From the IMG/VR virus record IMGVR_UViG_3300020433_000002, positions 1-64,000 of that record: a stretch of DNA of 64,000 bases; one strand, given 5' to 3'. The position numbers were made by a program, and so were the translations under genes. A model generated the notes under the pieces. That model searched no databases, had not been told where the DNA came from, and saw nothing but the letters and a program-made list of their open reading frames with translations. This DNA comes from a virus. Positions 7,787 through 18,764 of the stretch are shown here, in pieces (position 1 is the first letter of the stretch; each line of letters begins with the position of its first letter).

Positions 7787-10591
7787 ATGGCTACCCCTAT
7801 TAGGATCAAACGATCTGCGGTGCCTGGAAAGGCCCCGACAGCATCTGACTTGCAAGTTGGAGAATTAGCTCTTAATACCTATGATGCTGAACTCTACACT
7901 CTGAGGTCTAGGCCTGGGATAGGCACGAATGTTGTTAAGATCGGTGGAGCAGCAGTAAAGAACGTAATATATGTCAATAAAGATGGTGACGATACAAATA
8001 GTGGAGATACATTAGGAAGAGCAAAGGCAACAATTAAATCTGCAGTAGGAATTGCCTCAGAAGGAGATGTAATTAAAATTTCTGCGGGAGTATATGTAGA
8101 AAATAATCCACTTAAAGTAGCAAAGCAAGTTAGTCTTATTGGAGATAGTCTTAGAGAAGTAACAGTAGTACCTCAGAATGCTAATGAAGATCTATTCCAT
8201 GTAAATCCAGGTGTTTATATATCTGATATGTCCTTCACAGGGACAATGAATGCGGGAAAAGCAATAACAGCATTTGAACCAGACAACATAGAATATTTCG
8301 CTCAGTCAGCATATGTTCGTAACTGTACTAACTTTGTTACGAATAGTATTGGAATGAAGATAGATGGTAATAAGTCTTTAGGGCCATTTAAGAGTATGGT
8401 TACTGACTCCTTTACTCAATATAATTCTAATGGTATAGGAGTATCAATTACTAATGATGGATATGCACAGATAGTTTCAATGTTTACTATTAATAGTGAC
8501 GTTGGAATTTTTTGTGGTAGTGGTGGGCAGTGTGATGTAACAAACTCCAACTCTTCCTTTGGTAACTTTGGATTAATATCTGATGGAGTTGGTGCAAGAA
8601 AATATACAGGAATATTAACTGCTGCTACTACAGTAGATTCAGATACTTTTGAATTGGATCTGACTGTACCAGTACAGAGCATTAAGACTGCTGAATATAC
8701 TGGTGAAACAGGTATGATGACTGTGACTACTCATGTTCCTCATGGATTTGAAGTAGGGCAGGGAATAGATTTTAGGAATATGGGTTGGACTTGTTACTAT
8801 GGAGACTATTCACATATATTTGTAAGTGCTGATCCTGCAGCAATATTCAGTGGTGGAGATTACACACATCAATTTGTAGGTGCTACTTCAGGTGCAATCA
8901 ACATTAATAGTGGAGCATCAATCGGTAATCAATTAGATATTACTGATGCAATATACACTGCATCTACAGGTCTTTTAGAATTAACATCATCTGCTGCTCA
9001 TGGAATGAGTACAAATGATAACGTTGCTGTAGATATTCTTTCACTTAGTTTTACATGTTCTAGAGATAATTATCAATCAGTTCATACATATCCACGTTCT
9101 ACAGATCCTATTGCTGGAATCAATACAGCAGTTGTAGTGACTGGTGCTAGTACCTTTAATATTAATGTTGGATCTTCTCCTATTCATAATGATCAACCCA
9201 CAGATGCTACCTATAATCCTAATACTGGAGACATGGTACTGACCATTGGTGCTCATGATTTCACTGGTCAAACTACTTTGACTGCAGGTAGTGGTAGTAC
9301 ATATAATGGAGCTACTGGAGTTCTTACAATTAATACTACTAATCCATCACATGCTTTAGTGACTGGAGATTATGTTAGATTTGATCATGAGTCTTTAACA
9401 TTCTCATGTTCTAAAGATGATCATGCTACTAATCATGCATACCCAAGAGTAACAGATCCTACTTATAATCAGTGGTTACCTGTAACCAGAGTAGATGCAA
9501 ATACTTTTACATGTAATGTTGGTATTTCAACTGCAGGAGATTTTACTCATACATTTGTTTCAGCAGTCAGTCAGGGTATTAAGGTTGCAGAAAGTACTGT
9601 TGGTATTAAGACTGAGGGTATAGTATTTACATGTTCTAAAGATGATCATGCAACTAACCATCCATATCCTAGAGTTACTGATCCAGCATACTATAGACAG
9701 ATGGGTGTAGGTGCTACCACTGCAGATAGTATAACAATTAATGTTGGAGTATCTACTCTTGATGTATTCCCAAGTGGTGTAAATGGATATGTCTTTGAGG
9801 TGAATGAGGTTGTTGGTATTAATACTTTTGTAGTTCACGTTGGGCCTAATCGTTTCCCACATCAATATGTTTCAGGTGGAGCTGCACAGGTAGATGTTAT
9901 AAGACCATTCGATGGTCAAGTAGTTTACTTTGATGCTTTATATAATACTGTAGGTAAAATAAAAGTTGGATCTGCTGGAACTGGATATATAAGAGCACCC
10001 GAAATAACTATTGATCCTCCTTCTGAACCATGGGGTATAAAAGCCACTGCTGTTGCCTCAATAAAGAATGGTAAGGTTGATGAAATTGATATAGTTTCTA
10101 GTGGAAGAGGTTATACCTCAGTACCAAATATTGTTCTATCATCACCACAGTCAGGAATAAATACTGCAACAGCTACACTAGAACTAAAACCAACTTACTA
10201 CGCTATTACAAAATCAACTGAAATATCTGGTGGTATCTCCACTATAACTGTTTCGGACAATGTTCCTTTCGCAGTTGGAGTAGGAACTACAGTTCCATTC
10301 TATAAACAGAGTAGAATCTTAGCATCAAGTCATTCATTTGAATACATTGGAACTGGAGTTGATCCAGTTACCTCATTACCTTCTAAGGGTGCTGTTCCTA
10401 TACAGGACAATGAGGTTGAAGATGCGAATGGTGGATTGACTATATTTACAAGCACCGATCAGACAGGTAATTTCCGAATTGGTGATGGTGTTATTATTAA
10501 CCAACAAACTGGAACCATATCAGGAACCTTTTATTCAAAGAGTTTATTTTCAACGATGACACCATTTATACTAGCATTAGGAGGAGATTAA
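7787..10591 (+). CDS. Virion structural/fibre protein (beta-helix scaffold with inserted repeats)
   Basis: N-terminal IRIKRSAVPGKAPT...GELALNT motif seen in phage fibres; pectin-lyase-like start YVNKDGDD...ATIKSA; three FTCSxDxxxxxHxYPRxTDP repeats. Confidence 0.75.
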   Translation: MATPIRIKRSAVPGKAPTASDLQVGELALNTYDAELYTLRSRPGIGTNVVKIGGAAVKNVIYVNKDGDDTNSGDTLGRAKATIKSAVGIASEGDVIKISAGVYVENNPLKVAKQVSLIGDSLREVTVVPQNANEDLFHVNPGVYISDMSFTGTMNAGKAITAFEPDNIEYFAQSAYVRNCTNFVTNSIGMKIDGNKSLGPFKSMVTDSFTQYNSNGIGVSITNDGYAQIVSMFTINSDVGIFCGSGGQCDVTNSNSSFGNFGLISDGVGARKYTGILTAATTVDSDTFELDLTVPVQSIKTAEYTGETGMMTVTTHVPHGFEVGQGIDFRNMGWTCYYGDYSHIFVSADPAAIFSGGDYTHQFVGATSGAININSGASIGNQLDITDAIYTASTGLLELTSSAAHGMSTNDNVAVDILSLSFTCSRDNYQSVHTYPRSTDPIAGINTAVVVTGASTFNINVGSSPIHNDQPTDATYNPNTGDMVLTIGAHDFTGQTTLTAGSGSTYNGATGVLTINTTNPSHALVTGDYVRFDHESLTFSCSKDDHATNHAYPRVTDPTYNQWLPVTRVDANTFTCNVGISTAGDFTHTFVSAVSQGIKVAESTVGIKTEGIVFTCSKDDHATNHPYPRVTDPAYYRQMGVGATTADSITINVGVSTLDVFPSGVNGYVFEVNEVVGINTFVVHVGPNRFPHQYVSGGAAQVDVIRPFDGQVVYFDALYNTVGKIKVGSAGTGYIRAPEITIDPPSEPWGIKATAVASIKNGKVDEIDIVSSGRGYTSVPNIVLSSPQSGINTATATLELKPTYYAITKSTEISGGISTITVSDNVPFAVGVGTTVPFYKQSRILASSHSFEYIGTGVDPVTSLPSKGAVPIQDNEVEDANGGLTIFTSTDQTGNFRIGDGVIINQQTGTISGTFYSKSLFSTMTPFILALGGD

Positions 10592-10595
10592 GAAA

Positions 10596-10937
10596 ATGGC
10601 ATTAGCATTAAACGTCTTTCAAACAATACCATATGTTGTACCAACGTCGCAGGTTGGGATTTATACTGCACCCGTTGGGTATACTGGTGTTGTTTTGTTA
10701 GCACAAACAGCAAATATTGGATCTGAAACACATACAGTTTCCTTTTCTCATGAAAGATCTGTCGCTGGAACGGCAGTTACAACAGAAATTTTAAAAGACT
10801 TACCTATTGAAGCAAGCGATACTGCTAATCTTTTACCAGGTAAACTTGTTCTTGAGCAGGGTGATATTCTTAAAATCTCTGGAAGCAATGCAACTGATCT
10901 TAAATTTTTAGGAAGCATATTAGAGACACTTAACTAA
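10596..10937 (+). CDS. Small virion-associated protein
   Basis: Strong AGGAGG RBS; beta-rich; inside the fibre operon. Confidence 0.65.
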   Translation: MALALNVFQTIPYVVPTSQVGIYTAPVGYTGVVLLAQTANIGSETHTVSFSHERSVAGTAVTTEILKDLPIEASDTANLLPGKLVLEQGDILKISGSNATDLKFLGSILETLN

Positions 10938-10938
10938 A

Positions 10939-13572
10939 ATGGCCATAAAATACGTTAGCGGTAAGACTAAAGAACTTAAAGTTGGTTTGTCCAGTTATAG
11001 TGAGGGTAAACCATCCTTACAAGTTACTGGAAACGTTGGTGTGGGAACTACCAACCCACTTAAGAAGGCTAATCCTGCTAATACTTCAGTTGTTAGTTCT
11101 GGTATTGTAACTGCATATCAGATCTATGCTCAGATATACTCAGGTTCTGATGCTGGAACTGGTAATGGAACTTTTGATCGCCAAGCTAACATAGCGATAG
11201 GTGATACATTTACTGGAAATACGGGAATAGTTAGTGATTATAAGTATGCAAACATAAGCATTGGTAATTGTGCAGGTAAATCTATATTTGGTGGTGCTCA
11301 GAAGAATGTTTTAATAGGAGAGAATGCAGGTGCTGGTATTTTAGATGGTTCTAAAAACGTCGTAATTGGTGATAATGCATTAGGTAAATCTGGTATTAGT
11401 GGGGATGAAAACTTCGCAGTCGGTGATACTGCAGGTTACAATTTGACCTCAGGCTCTCACAATATTATGTTTGGTGATCAGGCTGGTGGTTTCACTTCCA
11501 CTGGTGGATGTAATGTCATGATCGGCCGAAGAGCTGGAATGGGTAATCAGACTGGAAATAATAATATTGTACTTGGAAATCTTGCAGGGTATAATAATGG
11601 AGATGGTAGTGATAATATTTTCCTAGGTACTTGTGCGATGGGTGCTTGCCTCAATCCATCGAATACTTTAGTTATTGGACACTATAACCACCAGTGGATA
11701 CACGGAGATTCAAATTATAGTATTGGTATTGGTATTACAAATCCTTCAGTCGCATCTGTTGCTATAGGAAATACACAGAAGTTAGCTGCTGGTATTGTTA
11801 CTGCTTATACTATTTTTTCTGATCAGTTAAATGTAACTGGTATCGCTACAATTAATACTTTAGATAGTTTAAATATATCTGGTGTCTCAACCTTTGCTGG
11901 TATATCTACTTTTTATAATAAGGTATATTTTGAAGATGATGTTTTTGTAGGAGCAGGTGGGACAGTTGGATTTGGAACTACTGCTTACTTTGGTTATAAC
12001 AATGATTTTAAAATCTATGATGATACTGCCATAGGGCAATCTTCTAAAATTCATACAAGAAATTCACTTCAATTCAAATCTACTGCACCAAGTGGTTTTG
12101 TTGGAATAAAAAGTGAAGTTACCCTTACATTTGGTATGGGTACTACATTTTGGGAAACAGACCTATTTTATTTGCAAACAACTTCTGGTCAGTTAATTGA
12201 AGCTGATGCTCGTGCTGGTGGGTTTGTAAAACTTAAGTATGGTAATTCGACAAAATTAACTACTAGAGATTATGGTATTGATGTAACAGGACATGTTGAG
12301 ACTGACACCTTAAATGTTACTGGTATCTCTACCTTCAATGATGATGTAGAGTTTATTGGTAATGCTGCTGGTATTACATCTGCTTTCTGGGATAAGTCTG
12401 CTAATGAATTAAAGTTTTATGATGGTTCAAAAGCATCATTTGGTGATGGCCAAGATTTACAAATCTATCATAGTGGTAGCCATTCTTTCATAGATGATAC
12501 TGGAACTGGTAATTTAAAACTTAGATCAAATAATTTAAGATTATCTAATGCAGATGAATCTAAATTATTTGCAGCATTCCAAGCAGGAGCTGTTGAATTA
12601 TACCATGAGAATGCAGAACGACTTAGAACTACTGGAATAGGAATTTCTGTTGTTGGTGTTGGTAGTACAGCATACATTGAAGGCCCAGATAATATAATAA
12701 TAGATCCACATCCATATGGTATTGGTGCTACTAGTGGTAACGTTTTCATTAGAGGTGATTTATATGTAGAAGGTACAGAATTTATTGTTGATGTAGATAA
12801 GATAGAACTTGGTGATTTCCAAATTGGTATTGCAACAACTGCAGGTACTAATGCACTTCTTGATGGTGCAGGTATTGGTATTGGTTCTACTAATATTAGA
12901 AAGTTTATTACTTGGAATAATGCAACCAATGCATTGATGACTAGTGAGAACTGGAACCTAGCATCAGGAAAACACTATGAGATTAATGGTACTGATGTAC
13001 TAACTTCTGATACATTACTGGTTGGAACGGGAGCATCAGTTCATTCACCTTCAAATAATATATTAACTCTTCATACGAATGGAGCTGAGAAACTTCGTAT
13101 AGATGCATCAGGTAATCTAGGTATTGGAACTGCTGTACCAACAGACTCTGCTAATGCAGCAAATTCATCAGTAACTTCTGCGGGTATTGTTACTGCACTT
13201 GAATACTACGGTATATTTAAAGGATCTATCCCTGGCTTCTCAACTGTATTCTCATCATCATCAGGATCATTTAGTGCAACTCCTGGTGTTCCTTATACTA
13301 TAGATACTTTTGCATTCTCAACTCATGATTATCAAATTGCAGAATACACTTTACACTTTGTACATGCTAATGGAATACAAGCACAGAAAGCATTAGTTAT
13401 GCAGGATAATTCTGTTGCATATTCAAATGAGTATGGAGTCATGTATGATTCTGAATTACTTGTTTCTATTGGTGCAACAGTTGTAGGTGGTAATGTTAAC
13501 ATCACTGCTACACCTGAAACTGGTATCAGTGGAGTGACTACATTTAGATGGAGAAGGGAGGTTCAAACCTAA
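10939..13572 (+). CDS. Tail fibre-like protein
   Basis: VGIGT/AGIVTA fibre motifs, NxxIGxxAG 14-aa repeats, DLQIYH..SHSFI segment. Confidence 0.8.
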   Translation: MAIKYVSGKTKELKVGLSSYSEGKPSLQVTGNVGVGTTNPLKKANPANTSVVSSGIVTAYQIYAQIYSGSDAGTGNGTFDRQANIAIGDTFTGNTGIVSDYKYANISIGNCAGKSIFGGAQKNVLIGENAGAGILDGSKNVVIGDNALGKSGISGDENFAVGDTAGYNLTSGSHNIMFGDQAGGFTSTGGCNVMIGRRAGMGNQTGNNNIVLGNLAGYNNGDGSDNIFLGTCAMGACLNPSNTLVIGHYNHQWIHGDSNYSIGIGITNPSVASVAIGNTQKLAAGIVTAYTIFSDQLNVTGIATINTLDSLNISGVSTFAGISTFYNKVYFEDDVFVGAGGTVGFGTTAYFGYNNDFKIYDDTAIGQSSKIHTRNSLQFKSTAPSGFVGIKSEVTLTFGMGTTFWETDLFYLQTTSGQLIEADARAGGFVKLKYGNSTKLTTRDYGIDVTGHVETDTLNVTGISTFNDDVEFIGNAAGITSAFWDKSANELKFYDGSKASFGDGQDLQIYHSGSHSFIDDTGTGNLKLRSNNLRLSNADESKLFAAFQAGAVELYHENAERLRTTGIGISVVGVGSTAYIEGPDNIIIDPHPYGIGATSGNVFIRGDLYVEGTEFIVDVDKIELGDFQIGIATTAGTNALLDGAGIGIGSTNIRKFITWNNATNALMTSENWNLASGKHYEINGTDVLTSDTLLVGTGASVHSPSNNILTLHTNGAEKLRIDASGNLGIGTAVPTDSANAANSSVTSAGIVTALEYYGIFKGSIPGFSTVFSSSSGSFSATPGVPYTIDTFAFSTHDYQIAEYTLHFVHANGIQAQKALVMQDNSVAYSNEYGVMYDSELLVSIGATVVGGNVNITATPETGISGVTTFRWRREVQT

Positions 13573-16550
13573 TGACTGAAGAAGAATATAATCAGCGAAA
13601 AGCGGCCTTTGAAACACATAAAAACACATTAGAAAAAGAACCATCAGGATCAGATGTAAAGAAAGAATATTGGGTAGGATGTTATTCAAAAGATGATTGG
13701 GAAATAATACATTCACTGCTTCTTGAGGATGGTACTCTAGAAGATAACATTCCTAATGATCATGTAGATTGTCCTAATGATTGTCGTCAAAGTGAGACTA
13801 GAGCTGTATATCTATTAACAGATACAGAAGTAGCTGCACTTAAAAATCATGAACTAGTAAGATACGTACATATTAATACTGCAAAATATCCAGGAACATA
13901 TGCATCAAATCCTGATGATATTAAAATGGATGGTAGAACTTTTAGATATTCTTCTACAACAAAACATAAAAGAGATACCTCTACTAATCAGTCAGATTAT
14001 TTACCAAGTTCACCAGATGCTACATTACTCAATAGAGGATGTTATAATTTATTAAGACATACAGAAAAGAAAGATCCTTGGAGAGCAGGATTGTCTTCTT
14101 CATTCACATCTGCTGGAACTTATAGTTGGACTGCTCCTGCAGGAATAGCAACTGTAAGTGTTGTTTGTGTTGGAGGTGGTGGTGCTGGTGATGGTACAGG
14201 TTGGAGTTCTGGTGGTGCAGGTGGAGGATTAGCTTGGAAAAATAATATTTCTGTAACACCTGGCCAATCTTATGTGGTTCAAGTTGGGTCTGGAGGTACT
14301 AGAGGTGGAGCAGCTCCTGATGGTGCAAATGGTGGAACATCATTTTTCATTAGTACTTCTATAGTTGCAGCAAGTGGAGGTTACGGACATTATAATTCAA
14401 CACCTCAGAATCCACCAGGTGGAGAAATGTTAGCTGGAGATGGTGGTGGAAGTGGTGGTCTAGGAGGATATTATAGTGGTAGTTATGCAGGATATTATGG
14501 TGGTGGCGGTGGAGCTGGTGGATATGCTGGTACTGGTGGAAATGGTGGTACCAATGTTCCAACACATCCTATTCAAGTAAGTGCTGGTACTGGTGGTGCA
14601 GGTGGTGGCGGCTGGGCCGTTCAAAGTGCTGTTGAATCCTCTTCTGGTACTGGTGGAGGAGTAGGAATATATGGTCAAGGAGTAAGTGGTGCTGCAGGTA
14701 CCAGTACTAGTAGTAGTACATGGGGTGGTCGTGGTGGATCTGGTGGAGAAGATGGTGGATCAACTGGTAGCGATGGTGCTGATTATGGAGCTGGAGCTGG
14801 CGGTGGTGGTAGTATTGGTGGCGGTGGTGCTGTGAGAATAGTTTGGGGAGAGGGCAGACAATTCCCATCACAAAATGTTCAGGAAGTAGTCTCTGATTCG
14901 ACTATACTTGATAGTAAGATCCCTCAATATGCAACAGGAAAAGGTATTGATTTAATTGTGTGTGATGAAGATATGTGGTTTGGACATATTGAATTTATGA
15001 ATCCAAGTGGTATAACAGATATTAAACAATCAGATAATTCAACTGCTGCGACCACTGCTGCACCAGCTAACTATGTTGGAACGAATGTTTTGAAGTCTGG
15101 TTTTGCTACTTCATCTACAACTGGAATATGTGAATTGTTAGATTTAGTTTTAGATGCTCCTTATTATATTGATAAGGAATGGTTTGAAGCAGATGCAGGA
15201 AATAGATTAATGACTCGTTGGGATGGAACAAAAGTTCCAGTTGAATCTGTTGCAAGATCTTGGTGGTCTAATTCATCAAATAGATCTGCTGCATTTTCAA
15301 GTGCAGGTACTGTATCAGTTCCTGCTGCATATACTAGAGCAAATAGTAATGGAAGTTATACTGCATATCATACTGGTTCTGGAAATCATGGAACTCCTTG
15401 TGCATCACAAGCATATGGAAGACAATATGGTTGGGCTTATAATGCAAACAAATGGTTCTTAAATCTTTATGGAACTAATAGTGTAGGACTTGAAGCAGGT
15501 TTTGATTTACAAAAAATATTTCATCAGAACAAACCAGTAAATCCAGAGTATGGAAATAAGAATCCAACTGTATCAAGTAACAGTTGGGGATTGAGACAAT
15601 CACCTACAACCTCTGGGTATTATTATTTCAGACAAGGTGTAACTGGAGGAACTGGAACAAGTTATAGTAGTCTTCCTGCATTTATGAATTATTTTACGGG
15701 TGATGGATTAAATAGAAGATCACCAGAATATGTTGATGGTCATGCAGCAATTACTGCTGGTGATGAGATGATAGAGGCAGGTGTTATCTTTGTATGTTCA
15801 TCTGGTAATAATAATCAGAAGCAAGTTCAAAGTAATCATGCAGATTTTAATAATTATTATGCATCAGGTTCAAGTGTAAACTATGCAAATGCAACAACTA
15901 ATAGCATATATTCATTAATGAATTTCACACCCACTTATAATAGTTTGAATCGACGAGGGTTTCCAGCACAGATAGGTGTTGATAGAAGCACTACTCCATA
16001 TACTTATAAAACAATATCTATTGGTGCTTTAGATGATGATCATACTGCTGAAGGATTAGAACGAAAGGCATCCTACAGTAACATGGGTAATAGTGTTGAT
16101 TGTTTTGCTGCTGCAGATCAAACACTATCTGCATCAGATGATAATTCCAGTCCAAGGTTCAATAGATATGATGCATACTATGATATTGGAACAACACAAG
16201 CTGTTGAATCAGAAGATAAAAACTTTAACGGAACTAGTTCTGCATGTCCTATAGCTGCAGGATTGATTGCTACTAAGTTAGAGAATAACAGAACTTGGAC
16301 ATATGCTGATGTTAAAAATTGGTTAGCATCTGATGTTGAGAATACGTCAGATGCATGGTTCTATAAAGGAACTGAAGCAACTACAGCAACTGATACTACT
16401 AATTGGGGTGATTATTATAATTTGCAGGGAGCACAATTGAAAATCATATATGATACACCACCACCAGTACCCTCATCAGAAGATTCGGATGCAAAAGTAT
16501 CAGTTACTGGTAGCAATATATCATTCGGTGGTAACTTCTCAATCATTTAA
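13572..16550 (+). CDS. S8 subtilisin-like serine protease with glycine-rich insertion
   Basis: Asp motif DLIVCDED (14964), His motif HGTPCAS (15387), oxyanion SSGN (15807), Ser motif NGTSSACP (16236). Start at the TAATG overlap (13572) preferred to 13548. Confidence 0.85.
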   Translation: MTEEEYNQRKAAFETHKNTLEKEPSGSDVKKEYWVGCYSKDDWEIIHSLLLEDGTLEDNIPNDHVDCPNDCRQSETRAVYLLTDTEVAALKNHELVRYVHINTAKYPGTYASNPDDIKMDGRTFRYSSTTKHKRDTSTNQSDYLPSSPDATLLNRGCYNLLRHTEKKDPWRAGLSSSFTSAGTYSWTAPAGIATVSVVCVGGGGAGDGTGWSSGGAGGGLAWKNNISVTPGQSYVVQVGSGGTRGGAAPDGANGGTSFFISTSIVAASGGYGHYNSTPQNPPGGEMLAGDGGGSGGLGGYYSGSYAGYYGGGGGAGGYAGTGGNGGTNVPTHPIQVSAGTGGAGGGGWAVQSAVESSSGTGGGVGIYGQGVSGAAGTSTSSSTWGGRGGSGGEDGGSTGSDGADYGAGAGGGGSIGGGGAVRIVWGEGRQFPSQNVQEVVSDSTILDSKIPQYATGKGIDLIVCDEDMWFGHIEFMNPSGITDIKQSDNSTAATTAAPANYVGTNVLKSGFATSSTTGICELLDLVLDAPYYIDKEWFEADAGNRLMTRWDGTKVPVESVARSWWSNSSNRSAAFSSAGTVSVPAAYTRANSNGSYTAYHTGSGNHGTPCASQAYGRQYGWAYNANKWFLNLYGTNSVGLEAGFDLQKIFHQNKPVNPEYGNKNPTVSSNSWGLRQSPTTSGYYYFRQGVTGGTGTSYSSLPAFMNYFTGDGLNRRSPEYVDGHAAITAGDEMIEAGVIFVCSSGNNNQKQVQSNHADFNNYYASGSSVNYANATTNSIYSLMNFTPTYNSLNRRGFPAQIGVDRSTTPYTYKTISIGALDDDHTAEGLERKASYSNMGNSVDCFAAADQTLSASDDNSSPRFNRYDAYYDIGTTQAVESEDKNFNGTSSACPIAAGLIATKLENNRTWTYADVKNWLASDVENTSDAWFYKGTEATTATDTTNWGDYYNLQGAQLKIIYDTPPPVPSSEDSDAKVSVTGSNISFGGNFSII

Positions 16551-16578
16551 CATAAATAACTAAACGGTAATAAATCCC

Positions 16579-18714
16579 ATGGCAGATAAAGCATTTGGTG
16601 TAAAACAACTGAATATAATTGGTAGTGGTACTCCAACTATTGAAAGTCCTGGTGACTTGAGTTTGAAGGCTGGTACCGTAGCAATTAGTACCAACTTATA
16701 TGTCGGTGGTATAACAACTCATATTGGATTAACAACAACTACAAATGATTTGTATGTAGGACTGGGTTATACTATTCACGGAAATGGTAGTCAGATATAT
16801 AAGGCACCATGGGGTCATGATGGTAAATCTAATTATCTTAGTGATTATCAGATAACAAATCCTGCAGTCGCAGCTTATGGTAGTTCAATAAGTGGTAATT
16901 GGAATGTTGTAGCAGGATATTTTGCAGCATGTTGTGGTACTACTATGGGCTACAACGTAATTTTTGGTGAGAGTGCTGGAAGAAAATTAACGAGTGGTAA
17001 TAGAAATATTTTACTTGGATCAAAAGCAGGTTGTCTTCTTGATGATGCTCAACAAAATGTTATTATAGGATCCTGTGCAGGAACTGAAGCAACAGGAAGT
17101 TATAATGTATCATTAGGAATGTGTTCTGGCCAATGTTTAACTGGTGACTTTAATATTGTATTAGGAAAGAGTGCGTCTGAAAATTTACAGGCTGGAGATA
17201 AAAATATTATACTTGGTTTTTATGCTGGTTCTGATGTTGGTGCTGCTGGTACAGACAATGTGTTTATAGGATCCTATGCTGGCCAGAGTCGTGGGTCAGG
17301 TGAAGCTAGTGTTGCTATCGGACAACGTACTTTATATAATTCATATGGTGGTTGCAACGTTGCAATTGGTAATGAAGCACATCTAGGTGAAGCAATGGGA
17401 GAAGGTTCTGAGAATATTTCAATAGGTTCTCAAGCTGGTTACGGAATTAATTCAGGAAATCATAATATATTTTTAGGAAAATGTTCTGGTGCAAAATCTG
17501 GTTCTGTATCCCATAATATTTTCATGGGTTGTGGTACAGGATGTTGTACTACTGCTGGTTCATATAATGTATATCTTGGCCATGAAACTGGTAAATGTAA
17601 TCAGGGTGGTGCTTGTAATGTTTACATTGGAAACAGAACAGGATTTGCTGCTACTGGTGGTGAACAAAACGTAGCCATTGGCCAAAGTGCAGGTTATAAC
17701 AACAATATTGGTTCATATAATATTTTCTTTGGTTCTAATGCTGGAACTAATAATGATAGTGCAAATAAAAATATAGCCATTGGCCAAAAAGCAGGGTTTT
17801 CTAATACCACGGGCCAATGTAATGTATTCATTGGTGCTTATGCTGGATGTAAATCAAACAGTGATGGTTCAAATAATTTATTAAATGTTGCTATTGGACA
17901 TTGTGCAGGATTTTGTAATGCTGGTAATCGTAATGTTACTATAGGTTGGAAATCAGGTTGGATGAGTGAGTCTGGTACAGACAATATTATCATTGGTTCT
18001 GAATCTGGTCACTGTATTAATAGTGGTAGTACCAATGTTTTGATTGGCCAAAAAGCAGGATTCTGCCAGACTAGTGCAAATAGTAATGTCTTTATTGGAT
18101 GTTGTGCGGGATATGATGCTCTTAGTGGAGGTGGTAACGTTGCTCTAGGTGGTGATGCACTGAAAGTAACTCATGGTAGTTATAATATTGGCCTTGGCTT
18201 TGCAGCTGGCGATGATATTACGAGTGGTAGTAGAAATGTAACTATTGGATGCAATGTTCAAGTGCCTAGTGCAACTGGTAGTGATCAATTAGCGATTGGT
18301 TCTGGTTCTAATACTTGGATCAATGGTGATAGTAATTTTGATGTAGGTATAGGAACCGCTACACCAACATCTAAGCTCCATGTGATTGGAGACTTTCTAC
18401 TAACAGGTATTGCAACTGCTATAGATTTTGATTCAACATCTGATATAAGATATAAGAAAAATATTCAAGCAATTGAAGATCCAATTTCTAAGGTTGTAAG
18501 GATTGAAGGTGTATCATTTAATTGGAAAGAAGATGATAGAGCTGCACTTGGTGTTATTGCTGACCAAGTTGAAACAGTACTACCAGAACTTGTTCGTGGT
18601 ACTGATCCAAAGACAGTTAATTATAATGGTTTGATTGGATTATTAATTGAGGCGGTAAAGGAACAGCAAATTCAGATAGATAAACTGAACGAAAGAATTT
18701 CTAAATTAGAGTGA
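16579..18714 (+). CDS. Tail fibre with Cys-rich 14-aa repeats and C-terminal S74 autocleaving chaperone
   Basis: Long run of N-x-x-[IL]-G-x-x-[AS]-G repeats; C-terminal SDIRYKKNI...GVIADQVE..LPELV...VNYNGLIGLLIEAVKE. Confidence 0.85.
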   Translation: MADKAFGVKQLNIIGSGTPTIESPGDLSLKAGTVAISTNLYVGGITTHIGLTTTTNDLYVGLGYTIHGNGSQIYKAPWGHDGKSNYLSDYQITNPAVAAYGSSISGNWNVVAGYFAACCGTTMGYNVIFGESAGRKLTSGNRNILLGSKAGCLLDDAQQNVIIGSCAGTEATGSYNVSLGMCSGQCLTGDFNIVLGKSASENLQAGDKNIILGFYAGSDVGAAGTDNVFIGSYAGQSRGSGEASVAIGQRTLYNSYGGCNVAIGNEAHLGEAMGEGSENISIGSQAGYGINSGNHNIFLGKCSGAKSGSVSHNIFMGCGTGCCTTAGSYNVYLGHETGKCNQGGACNVYIGNRTGFAATGGEQNVAIGQSAGYNNNIGSYNIFFGSNAGTNNDSANKNIAIGQKAGFSNTTGQCNVFIGAYAGCKSNSDGSNNLLNVAIGHCAGFCNAGNRNVTIGWKSGWMSESGTDNIIIGSESGHCINSGSTNVLIGQKAGFCQTSANSNVFIGCCAGYDALSGGGNVALGGDALKVTHGSYNIGLGFAAGDDITSGSRNVTIGCNVQVPSATGSDQLAIGSGSNTWINGDSNFDVGIGTATPTSKLHVIGDFLLTGIATAIDFDSTSDIRYKKNIQAIEDPISKVVRIEGVSFNWKEDDRAALGVIADQVETVLPELVRGTDPKTVNYNGLIGLLIEAVKEQQIQIDKLNERISKLE

Positions 18715-18764
18715 TTGTCTAAATATTAATAACAAATACTACCCAGTGTATACGAGGACGGTAG

